27,483 nucleotides of DNA from Candidatus Micrarchaeia archaeon (GTDB taxonomy: Archaea > Micrarchaeota > Micrarchaeia > Anstonellales > J096), in the NCBI GenBank assembly GCA_041500405.1, contig JBGQMB010000009.1:1-27483 (forward strand). Direction: 5' to 3'. The notes under the pieces were generated by a model, which saw nothing but the letters and a program-made list of their open reading frames with translations, had not been told where the DNA came from and made no database searches. Position 1 is the first letter of the stretch. Every line of letters begins with the position of its first letter. Positions 1-8,125 of the stretch are shown piece after piece. The translations under genes and the position numbers were made by a program.

Positions 1-727
1 CTTCGTCATTGAGCCCCTTTATCATCGTGAACCGCAGGACGCGCCTGCAGTTCAGTTTCGGAAGAATCCCAAGGGTCATCTTCAATCTTTCCCATCCGTT
101 CCAATGCACGCTCCTGTTTATCCTGCTGAAAAGCTCCCTGTCAGGGGCGTCAACGCTTATGTACAATTGCGTGGGCAAGGCATTCATCCTCTTCATTTTC
201 AGCAGCATATCGGGCTCCTGCCCGTTGCTCACGACGAATATGCTTTTTACTTCCTTGTGCCTCCTTAATTCCTTTATGAGCTCCGGAAGCCTTGAGTATA
301 ATGTCGGCTCGCCGCTTAGGCTAATCGCCCAGTGGCTAGGAAACATGCCATAAGCTTCGTTCACAAGCTTGACGTTGGCTTTCGGGTTTCCCCTGAAGCC
401 TGCAAGCAGTTTTTTCCTTTTTTCCACAGCGCCCTTGATTATTGTTTCTGGGCTGTCTATCCTCTTTCCCATCTTGGACCTGTAATACCATTCCATGGGC
501 CTCCAGCAGAATATGCACCTTTGCCCGCACCATGCGGTCGCAGGAGACATCTCGGAGCACCTGTGCGTGTCAATGCCGTAAAAAACATTTTTGTAGCAGG
601 TCCCTTTGTCCACAAGCGATTTTTTTGTCCATTCGCAAATATCGACGGAAGAGTGCCTGCCGATGATGCCGTAGCTTTTGGCCCATTTCGCCTTTTGCGC
701 AGGCGTGAGCGAATCAGCGCCTTTCAC
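1..727 (-). CDS. taw1: 4-demethylwyosine synthase Taw1/TYW1 (radical SAM), 3' part runs off the window
   Basis: Manual translation from GTG at 727: ...YGIIGRHSSVDICEWTKKSL...CYKNVFYGIDTHRCSEMSP...WCGQRCIFCWRP (CxxxCxxC)...HWAISLSGEPTLY, the Taw1 signature. Absent from the ORF track because no stop lies inside the window. Confidence 0.93.
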   Translation of the reverse strand, partial: MKGADSLTPAQKAKWAKSYGIIGRHSSVDICEWTKKSLVDKGTCYKNVFYGIDTHRCSEMSPATAWCGQRCIFCWRPMEWYYRSKMGKRIDSPETIIKGAVEKRKKLLAGFRGNPKANVKLVNEAYGMFPSHWAISLSGEPTLYSRLPELIKELRRHKEVKSIFVVSNGQEPDMLLKMKRMNALPTQLYISVDAPDRELFSRINRSVHWNGWERLKMTLGILPKLNCRRVLRFTMIKGLNDE

Positions 728-1070
728 GTTTCTTCGCCTCTTTCCAGAGCCTCTTGGACTCGGCCAGGCTCACGGTTTTTCCCTTAAGGACAAACGGCTT
801 TCTCCTTTTCATCTTTTCGTGGTAATTTTTGATGATCATTTTCTTGCTTATGCCGTGCTCCCTTGAGACCAGGAACATCAACTTGAGCGCGGTCATCGCA
901 ACGTCCCCGGCCTCGTCCATTATCTCATTTTTTGTTTTCGCCTTCTCAAGCTCCTTTATCTCCATTTTCAGCCTTCTTATCATTTCCTTTTTGTCAATAC
1001 TGCGGAGCCAGGGGCAGAGCCTGAACTCCTTTTCCATATAGGAGACGGTCTGGCGCAGTTCCCTATTCAT
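714..1070 (-). CDS. MazG-like nucleotide pyrophosphohydrolase (single domain)
   Basis: CPW motif, E-x2-E...DEAGD acidic motif, KMKRRKPFV and W-x3-K-x2-E, all typical of MazG domains; overlaps both neighbours. Confidence 0.8.
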   Translation of the reverse strand: MNRELRQTVSYMEKEFRLCPWLRSIDKKEMIRRLKMEIKELEKAKTKNEIMDEAGDVAMTALKLMFLVSREHGISKKMIIKNYHEKMKRRKPFVLKGKTVSLAESKRLWKEAKKRERR

Positions 1071-1884
1071 AGTTTTTCCCGCCTTTTTGCTTATACGTGT
1101 CCTTGAGCAGGCTTATCCTGGACCTGAGGTCCGCAACCTCGGAGGCTTCAAGGCCCTTCTCCTTTGCCAGCCTCTTGTCCCAGCCGTCAATGGAATCGGT
1201 GACGTCGTTGAACAGATAATCGGGTATGCTTCCTGTTTCAACAAGATTGAGCAGGAACGCGATTGAGAACGGCATCCTTGATTTCGCGAGCGCCCTTATC
1301 GCGTGCATTATCAGTGTCCTGTAAAGATGGCTTCCCTGGTTCAGGTATGCGGTCAAATGGTGGGCCAGAAGCCTCATCGCCCTTTCGTCGTCCATCTCTG
1401 CCAAAACACCTATGAAGAGCATTATGCCGTCCAGCGAATGCGCGGAGTCGTATATCCTTGTGGTGAGCTCCCTTATGTCGACCTGCTTGTTCAGCTTTTC
1501 CGCCATCTTTGCGGCGCTGACAAACTCCTTTGCCTGCTCTATGTGGCTCATCCTTTCGTTGATTTCCACTATTATTATGTTCTTAATGAAGACGTCCCCC
1601 TTCTTGTACATGTCAATAAGCTCGGCCCTTAGCTGCATAAGCTCCTTGTAGGTTATGTCTATCGGGTAGAATGCGATTTTGGTTACCATCAAATTGACTT
1701 TTTTTATCTGGTCGTTGTACTTTGCCTGCATATGCTGCATCTCGGGCGTGGGCGGCGGAGCCTGCTTGGCCATGGACTGGGGCTGCTGGGCCGGAGCCTG
1801 CGGCGCTTCCTTTTTCGGTTCGGCGCTCTTGGCCGTTTGCATGTCCTTTTTCCCATTTTTTTCCTTCGGAGCGTTTTCTGCCAT
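1063..1884 (-). CDS. Hypothetical alpha-helical protein (P/Q/K-rich N-terminus, possible HEAT-like repeats)
   Basis: 273-aa ORF overlapping the MazG start; TATA-like TTTTAAA upstream (about 1906-1912). Confidence 0.7.
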   Translation of the reverse strand: MAENAPKEKNGKKDMQTAKSAEPKKEAPQAPAQQPQSMAKQAPPPTPEMQHMQAKYNDQIKKVNLMVTKIAFYPIDITYKELMQLRAELIDMYKKGDVFIKNIIIVEINERMSHIEQAKEFVSAAKMAEKLNKQVDIRELTTRIYDSAHSLDGIMLFIGVLAEMDDERAMRLLAHHLTAYLNQGSHLYRTLIMHAIRALAKSRMPFSIAFLLNLVETGSIPDYLFNDVTDSIDGWDKRLAKEKGLEASEVADLRSRISLLKDTYKQKGGKNYE

Positions 1885-1934
1885 ATTCGGCTATGGGATT
1901 GCAGATTTAAAACCCTTGCGCCGCCTATCCCATT

Positions 1935-2447
1935 ATGCGCGAGCTTGAGAGAACGTTCCTTGCGAAATATGTTCCCCAGGGCATCGCCAGCTTCCAGTGC
2001 AAGGAGATAATAGACATTTACATCCCGAAATCCTCAAGGCACCCCGTCTTGAGGCTGAGGAAGAGCGGGGAAAGGTACGAAATCACGAAAAAGGAGCCAG
2101 TCAAGGAAGGCGACGCCTCGCACATGAACGAGCAGACAATAACTCTGGCGCGCGAGGAGTTTGACGCCCTGAAGCGCGTGCACGGCAAGGTAATCCACAA
2201 GTTCAGGCACAATTACCCGTTCGGTCCGCATAATGCGGAGATAGACGTTTTCCAGGAGGATCTCGAAGGTCTCGTTATCATTGACTTTGAATTCAATTCA
2301 ATTGAGGAAAAGGACGCGTTCAAAATGCCGGAATTCTGCCTGGCCGAAGTGACCCAGGATGAGGATTTGGCAGGCGGCATGCTGTGCGGAAAGTCCTATG
2401 AAGAGATAGAGCCGATTTTGAAAAAATACGGATACAGGAAGCTATAG
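1935..2447 (+). CDS. CYTH-domain protein (triphosphate tunnel metalloenzyme fold)
   Basis: N-terminal ELERTFL (ExExK-like), LRLRK, IHKFR, EIDVF, IIDFEF, EVT motifs. Confidence 0.85.
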   Translation: MRELERTFLAKYVPQGIASFQCKEIIDIYIPKSSRHPVLRLRKSGERYEITKKEPVKEGDASHMNEQTITLAREEFDALKRVHGKVIHKFRHNYPFGPHNAEIDVFQEDLEGLVIIDFEFNSIEEKDAFKMPEFCLAEVTQDEDLAGGMLCGKSYEEIEPILKKYGYRKL

Positions 2448-2696
2448 TCAGATTCCGTCGTGCTCAATCTCTCCGTCAACCATAAGGTGCGTGTCCCTTT
2501 TTTCAAAGAACCTCTTTTTGCTGATGGCCTTTCTCATCTTCTTTATTATGATGGACGCCGCAACTGCCGTTGCAACGACAGCAAGCGCCTTCCCTTTCGG
2601 CACCGCGTCAACAAAGTCCTTGAAGCGCACAATCGCCCTTGCGATTCCCTTCGGCGCCTTTGCGCCCTTTGTAAAAGTGTTTTTGTCTGACAACAT
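2448..2696 (-). CDS. Small hypothetical protein with one hydrophobic segment
   Basis: 82-aa ORF abutting the CYTH stop; ALAVVATAVAASIII followed by a basic stretch; AT-rich TTTAAA upstream. Confidence 0.5.
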   Translation of the reverse strand: MLSDKNTFTKGAKAPKGIARAIVRFKDFVDAVPKGKALAVVATAVAASIIIKKMRKAISKKRFFEKRDTHLMVDGEIEHDGI

Positions 2697-2754
2697 GGAT
2701 AGACACCGTTAAACAATATATTTTTAAACGTGCCTAATGGCGGAAAAGAAAAGC

Positions 2755-2804
2755 GCCGGTATGAGAATGGCCCCAAGATTAGTTCAGGAGAAGGAAATAA
2801 ATGC
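2755..2804 (-). other. 3' arm of the 16S rRNA processing stem (BHB helix at 2782-2785, bulge at 2779-2781)
   Basis: Complementary to 4381-4433; together they form a 3-4-3 bulge-helix-bulge. Confidence 0.85.
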
Positions 2805-2828
2805 CTTACCTTGCACAATTTTGTTTTT

Positions 2829-4321
<1,493 letters not shown>

Positions 4322-4380
4322 CATCTGCCTTAAATCCTGCTGCGAATCTATTTCTCTTAATTCTTTGAATTGACAAAGAA

Positions 4381-4433
4381 GCACGTTCACTTCCTTTCTC
4401 CTTGTGAACTCTTGGGACCTATCTCATACCCGC
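4381..4433 (-). other. 5' arm of the 16S rRNA processing stem (BHB helix at 4406-4409, bulge at 4403-4405)
   Basis: Leader GGUAUGAGA..GGUCCCAAGA-GUUC-ACA-AGGAGAA pairs with trailer UUCUCCU-GAAC-UAA-UCUUGGGGCC..UCUCAUACC. Confidence 0.85.
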
Positions 4434-4448
4434 AAGCGCAGATACGCA

Positions 4449-4458
4449 TAATATTAAA
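4449..4458 (-). promoter_or_regulatory. Probable TATA box of the 16S rRNA promoter
   Basis: TTTAATATTA on the minus strand, about 20 nt upstream of the processing-stem leader. Confidence 0.55.
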
Positions 4459-4507
4459 GGTAATTGCTTCCTTTCATCAGTAGCATTTTTAAACTTACCC
4501 CACACCC

Positions 4508-4547
4508 CCTCAGGCCCTTTTTCTTTGCGAAGAAAAAGCCCCTGGGG
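4508..4547. repeat. Intergenic inverted repeat / hairpin
   Basis: CCTCAGG-cc-CTTTTTCTT-tgcg-AAGAAAAAG-cc-CCTGGGG: perfect 9-bp inner stem plus a 7-bp outer stem with one G-U pair. Confidence 0.6.
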
Positions 4548-4580
4548 AAAAAGAAAGCGTTTTGTGCGCTGCGGCGCTCT

Positions 4581-4609
4581 TTTTAACCCCTTTTATGCAT
4601 AATAAAGCC
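4581..4609 (+). promoter_or_regulatory. Cluster promoter cassette 1 (TTTTAA-N11-CATAAT-N6-ATG)
   Basis: TTTTAA 4581-4586, CATAAT 4598-4603, ATG 4610. Confidence 0.75.
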
Positions 4610-5179
4610 ATGGCCCAAAGGCTTAGCGATTCCGGCATTGCAAGATACCTTCACAAAGCAAGAAAAACTCTATTCCACAACCTGAAGTCTGAAAAACTGA
4701 GAAGGATCGTCAACAATAAGGAACAGAAGCGGCTTAACGACAGTCTATTGAAAGCGGCAACTTTAGGTAGGATAAAGAGAGTAGAACAGTTGCTGAAGCT
4801 TGGTGCGGACATAAATACAAGTAATTACACGGACGGCAGCACCGCGCTGATTTTAGCAGCGAGGTACGGATATACCGAGGTCTGTGCGTTGCTGACTGAA
4901 AAAGGCGCAAACATGGAGGCAAAGGAGAGATTCGGCAAGACCCCGCTCATCTTTGCCGCACATAATGGGCACATCGAAACCTGCGCACTGCTGATAGCGA
5001 AAGGCGCAAATATACACGCAAAGGACATTCACGGCATGACCGCGCTCAGGTATACTAAATTACACGGCAGAAAAGAGACAACTACATTCCTTGAGTTCGC
5101 GCATGATGCATTAAGGCTTTTCGCGAACAGGGAAATGTTCGGTTCGTTCTATTCAAGCTTCAAGGCGTGCATCCAATAG
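4610..5179 (+). CDS. Ankyrin-repeat protein 1
   Basis: GSTALILAARYGYTEVCALL, GKTPLIFAAHNGHIETCALL, GMTAL repeats; start moved to ATG 4610 on promoter spacing; ends FGSFYSSFKACIQ. Confidence 0.92.
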   Translation: MAQRLSDSGIARYLHKARKTLFHNLKSEKLRRIVNNKEQKRLNDSLLKAATLGRIKRVEQLLKLGADINTSNYTDGSTALILAARYGYTEVCALLTEKGANMEAKERFGKTPLIFAAHNGHIETCALLIAKGANIHAKDIHGMTALRYTKLHGRKETTTFLEFAHDALRLFANREMFGSFYSSFKACIQ

Positions 5180-5181
5180 CG

Positions 5182-5210
5182 TTTTAATCCCTTTTGCGCA
5201 CAATGAATGC
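5182..5210 (+). promoter_or_regulatory. Cluster promoter cassette 2
   Basis: TTTTAA 5182-5187, CACAAT 5199-5204, ATG 5211. Confidence 0.75.
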
Positions 5211-5789
5211 ATGGCCCAGAAGCTCGGCGAAACAAATAAAAAAAGCCCAAGCAAACAGCTTAATTTAGCCAAGCAAAAATTATCCACGGATAAAAGATTG
5301 ATTAGCCCTGAAAGGCAGGAACGGCTTGATACCAGTCTATTGAGAGCAGCGCCGAAAGGCAAGACAAAGATAGCAGAAAGGCTGCTGGCGCTTGGCGCAA
5401 ACATAGAAGCAAAGACAAATAACGGCGAGACTGCCCTGCACTTAGCCGCAAATTATGGATGCACCGAAACAATTCGGTTCCTTATATCCAAAGGCTTTGA
5501 CGTAAATGCAAAGGACAACAACGGCTGGACCCCGCTCATGCATGCCGTAGTGAATAACCACAGAGACGCCTGCGTAGTCCTGATACAGAAAGGCACAAAT
5601 ATAAAAACAAGGTGCGATAGTGGCTTTACCGCGCTCATGCTTGCCGAATCATATTATACAGCCCCTGAAGATGAATCAGAAAAAGATGAGATAATAGAAT
5701 TCCTCAAATTGATGGAATTGGTTAGTTCAGTGGTTGAGGACAAGGCATTCATCCCTTTTATGGTTTCCTTTGCCAATTGCATCCAATAG
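5211..5789 (+). CDS. Ankyrin-repeat protein 2
   Basis: GETALHLAANYG, GWTPLMHAV, GFTALMLA repeats; ends FIPFMVSFANCIQ. Confidence 0.92.
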   Translation: MAQKLGETNKKSPSKQLNLAKQKLSTDKRLISPERQERLDTSLLRAAPKGKTKIAERLLALGANIEAKTNNGETALHLAANYGCTETIRFLISKGFDVNAKDNNGWTPLMHAVVNNHRDACVVLIQKGTNIKTRCDSGFTALMLAESYYTAPEDESEKDEIIEFLKLMELVSSVVEDKAFIPFMVSFANCIQ

Positions 5790-5791
5790 CA

Positions 5792-5820
5792 TTTTAACCT
5801 GTTTCATCCACAATTGAAAC
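5792..5820 (+). promoter_or_regulatory. Cluster promoter cassette 3
   Basis: TTTTAA 5792-5797, CACAAT 5809-5814, ATG 5821. Confidence 0.75.
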
Positions 5821-6495
5821 ATGGCAGAGCGCAAGAGACTCCGCGAAAGGGCGGCGGAGCTAACGAAAAAGTCGGTTTCATTGCTGAAAAAGCTGAATCC
5901 CGAGCCTGCGCTGTCCCGCCTCAGGCTGAACCACAAGCTTGTGAGGGCGATATCTCCATTAATCATAAACAGGATAGACATAAATATAGTTGACTGGAAC
6001 CTTGTGAAAAATCTCATCGTTGCAGGCGCAAACCCAAACATGAGACTGGATGACGGAAATCGTACTCCTCTTCTTGCCCATGCCGCGCGGTTTGGTGATA
6101 CGAAGAGCTTATGCAGGCTTCTGCTGGAAAAAGGCGCAAAGGTCGACTTAAAGAATAAAGAGGGCTATACGGCGCTCGCGGCCGCCGCGAATGATGGGCA
6201 CACCGATATCTGCAAACTGCTGATTGAAAACGGCGCCAACATCGAAGGATATAACAAAGATGGCATTACCCCTCTTATGCTTGCCGCGCAGGATGGACAT
6301 ACAGATACGTGCGCCCTTCTTATTGAAAACGGCGCCAACATCGAAGTGAAAAACAAGAAATATGGCGCAAATTCGCTTATGCTTGCCGAATCAGGGGGGC
6401 GTACAGAAGCAGTAAGAATCCTTAAGTTGGGCCTCCTGCTTGGAAAGGACGGATTCAGGTCGTTCCGCGCTAATTTCAGGGAATGCGTCCAATAG
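5821..6495 (+). CDS. Ankyrin-repeat protein 3
   Basis: GYTALAAAANDGHTDICKLL, GITPLMLAAQDGHTDTCALL repeats; ends FRSFRANFRECVQ. Confidence 0.92.
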   Translation: MAERKRLRERAAELTKKSVSLLKKLNPEPALSRLRLNHKLVRAISPLIINRIDINIVDWNLVKNLIVAGANPNMRLDDGNRTPLLAHAARFGDTKSLCRLLLEKGAKVDLKNKEGYTALAAAANDGHTDICKLLIENGANIEGYNKDGITPLMLAAQDGHTDTCALLIENGANIEVKNKKYGANSLMLAESGGRTEAVRILKLGLLLGKDGFRSFRANFRECVQ

Positions 6496-6498
6496 CAT

Positions 6499-6527
6499 TT
6501 TTAACCCCTCTTATACACAATGAGCCT
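6499..6527 (+). promoter_or_regulatory. Cluster promoter cassette 4
   Basis: TTTTAA 6499-6504, CACAAT 6516-6521, ATG 6528. Confidence 0.75.
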
Positions 6528-7478
6528 ATGCCTGAAAAATTGATGGCCAAAAGGCTTACGCGCGGCATGGCCGCGAAAAAGCCATTGATATCATCCAAGC
6601 TGAAGGACATCATCGAAAACACGCCTTCGGCGCCGGCCCTTGCAAACAAAAGAGGCAGGAAAAAGCTCACGATACAGGATATTCAAAGGATGGCAAAGGA
6701 AAAATGGGGCAAATGCCTTTCCAAGGAATACGTAAATTCACATACCAGGCTAAGATGGCAGTGCGGCAAAGGCCATAAATGGAAAGCGATTCCAAACAGC
6801 ATATGCCAGGGGCACTGGTGCCCTCGTTGCTTTTATGAAACCATTAGGCCCAGAAGCATGCTGACAATCGAAGAAATGCACAAAATGGCAAGGAAAAGGG
6901 GCGGAAAATGCCTTTCCAGGGAATACGGCGGTTCATTCACCAAGCTAAAATGGCAGTGCAGGAAAGGCCACGTATGGCTTGCCATCCCCCACCATATCAG
7001 GCAGGGGCACTGGTGCCCGCATTGTGCGCATGAAAGCAGGAGAACGATAAAAGACATGCAGAAAATAGCAAGGAAAAGGGGCGGAAAATGCCTTTCCACT
7101 GCGTATGTCAGCAGGGACTCAAAGCTAAGGTGGCAGTGCGCGAAGGGCCACGAATGGGAAGCGCGCCCGGAAAACATAAAACGCGGAAGCTGGTGCCCGA
7201 AATGCGCGGCCGAGGCCAGGGCGGCCAAGAAAAAATTCACAATCGAACAGATGCGGAAAATAGCAAGGAAAAGGGGCGGAAAATGCCTTTCCACTGTATA
7301 TGTCAGCACGCTTTCAAGATTAAGGTGGCAGTGCAGGAAAGGACACGAATGGAATGCCTTCCCCGGAAACATCATTTACCATAAAGAATGGTGCCCGGAT
7401 TGCGCCAAGGAGAAGAGGAGAGCCCACAAGGTTGTGAAAAAAGCGGCAAAGAAGAAAGGAAAAGCAAGGAAAAGATGA
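6528..7478 (+). CDS. Basic protein with four tandem zinc-ribbon (C-x3-H...C-x2-C) repeats, probable nucleic-acid binder
   Basis: Four 60-65 aa units: TI-x2-(M/I)-x3-A-x2-(R/K)(G/W)GKCLS-x2-Y-x5-(K/R)L(R/K)WQC-x-KGH-x-W-x-A-x-P-x2-I-x4/5-WCP-x-C; K/R-rich termini; start moved to ATG 6528. Confidence 0.88.
   Translation: MPEKLMAKRLTRGMAAKKPLISSKLKDIIENTPSAPALANKRGRKKLTIQDIQRMAKEKWGKCLSKEYVNSHTRLRWQCGKGHKWKAIPNSICQGHWCPRCFYETIRPRSMLTIEEMHKMARKRGGKCLSREYGGSFTKLKWQCRKGHVWLAIPHHIRQGHWCPHCAHESRRTIKDMQKIARKRGGKCLSTAYVSRDSKLRWQCAKGHEWEARPENIKRGSWCPKCAAEARAAKKKFTIEQMRKIARKRGGKCLSTVYVSTLSRLRWQCRKGHEWNAFPGNIIYHKEWCPDCAKEKRRAHKVVKKAAKKKGKARKR
6888..7293 (+). repeat. Intragenic 31-nt direct repeat x3 (GCAAGGAAAAGGGGCGGAAAATGCCTTTCCA)
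   Basis: Exact copies at 6888-6918, 7068-7098 and 7263-7293 (spacing 180 and 195 nt), all in frame. Confidence 0.9.
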
Positions 7479-7500
7479 CACAAGTCTGCTTCAGCGTTGT

Positions 7501-7529
7501 TTTTAATGGCTTTGGCGCATAATATCTCC
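7501..7529 (+). promoter_or_regulatory. Cluster promoter cassette 5
   Basis: TTTTAA 7501-7506, CATAAT 7518-7523, ATG 7530. Confidence 0.75.
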
Positions 7530-8120
7530 ATGCAGGAAAGGAAACCATTGCCTGGGGATGCGCCTAAGATGCGCACAAAAAGGAGCATCCAAGAGCCTGC
7601 GCCAACAGAGAAGCCAAAATTATCGGAAGACGATCAAAAGTGGTTCAATAAAAAGCTGCTGGAGGCCGCCACATGGGGGAAAACATACGAAATCCAACGG
7701 CTGCTGGAAAAAGGTGTGGATATCAACGCAAGAGATGAGATTCTCGGTAGAACTGCACTAATGTGGGCCGCAATGGGCGGCCACACCAAGGCATGCAAGC
7801 TCCTGGTTGAAAAAGGCGCAAAAATTGATGAAGAGGACGACAATGAGGGCATGAATCCGCTCATGTACGCCGCATTGACCAGCCGGACCGACATCTGCGC
7901 TTTCCTGCTTGAAAAGGGCGCGGATTTGGAGACAAGGGTTACGAAACAAACATCTGAATATTATGGCATGACTGCGCCTATGATTGCTGAAATGATAGCT
8001 GCAAAGCTTGGCCATACCAGAATCGTGCCGTTCCTAAGATATATGAAATCTATGCATAAACAGTTTGGCAGCGAAGGGCTGAAAAAGTTCTTTTTGGATT
8101 TCAGGGAATGCCTCTCCTAA
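7530..8120 (+). CDS. Ankyrin-repeat protein 4
   Basis: GRTALMWAAMGGHTKACKLL, GMNPLMYAA repeats; start ATG 7530; ends LKKFFLDFRECLS. Confidence 0.92.
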   Translation: MQERKPLPGDAPKMRTKRSIQEPAPTEKPKLSEDDQKWFNKKLLEAATWGKTYEIQRLLEKGVDINARDEILGRTALMWAAMGGHTKACKLLVEKGAKIDEEDDNEGMNPLMYAALTSRTDICAFLLEKGADLETRVTKQTSEYYGMTAPMIAEMIAAKLGHTRIVPFLRYMKSMHKQFGSEGLKKFFLDFRECLS

Positions 8121-8125
8121 CAATA

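Noticed and set aside
6888..7293. 31-nt direct repeats as a CRISPR array
   Set aside because: Spacing is 180-195 nt, the copies are in frame inside a protein repeat, and no cas genes are present.
5168..8120. Ankyrin C-termini as CaaX prenylation motifs
   Set aside because: Cys is third from the end, not fourth; it is not a canonical CaaX box.
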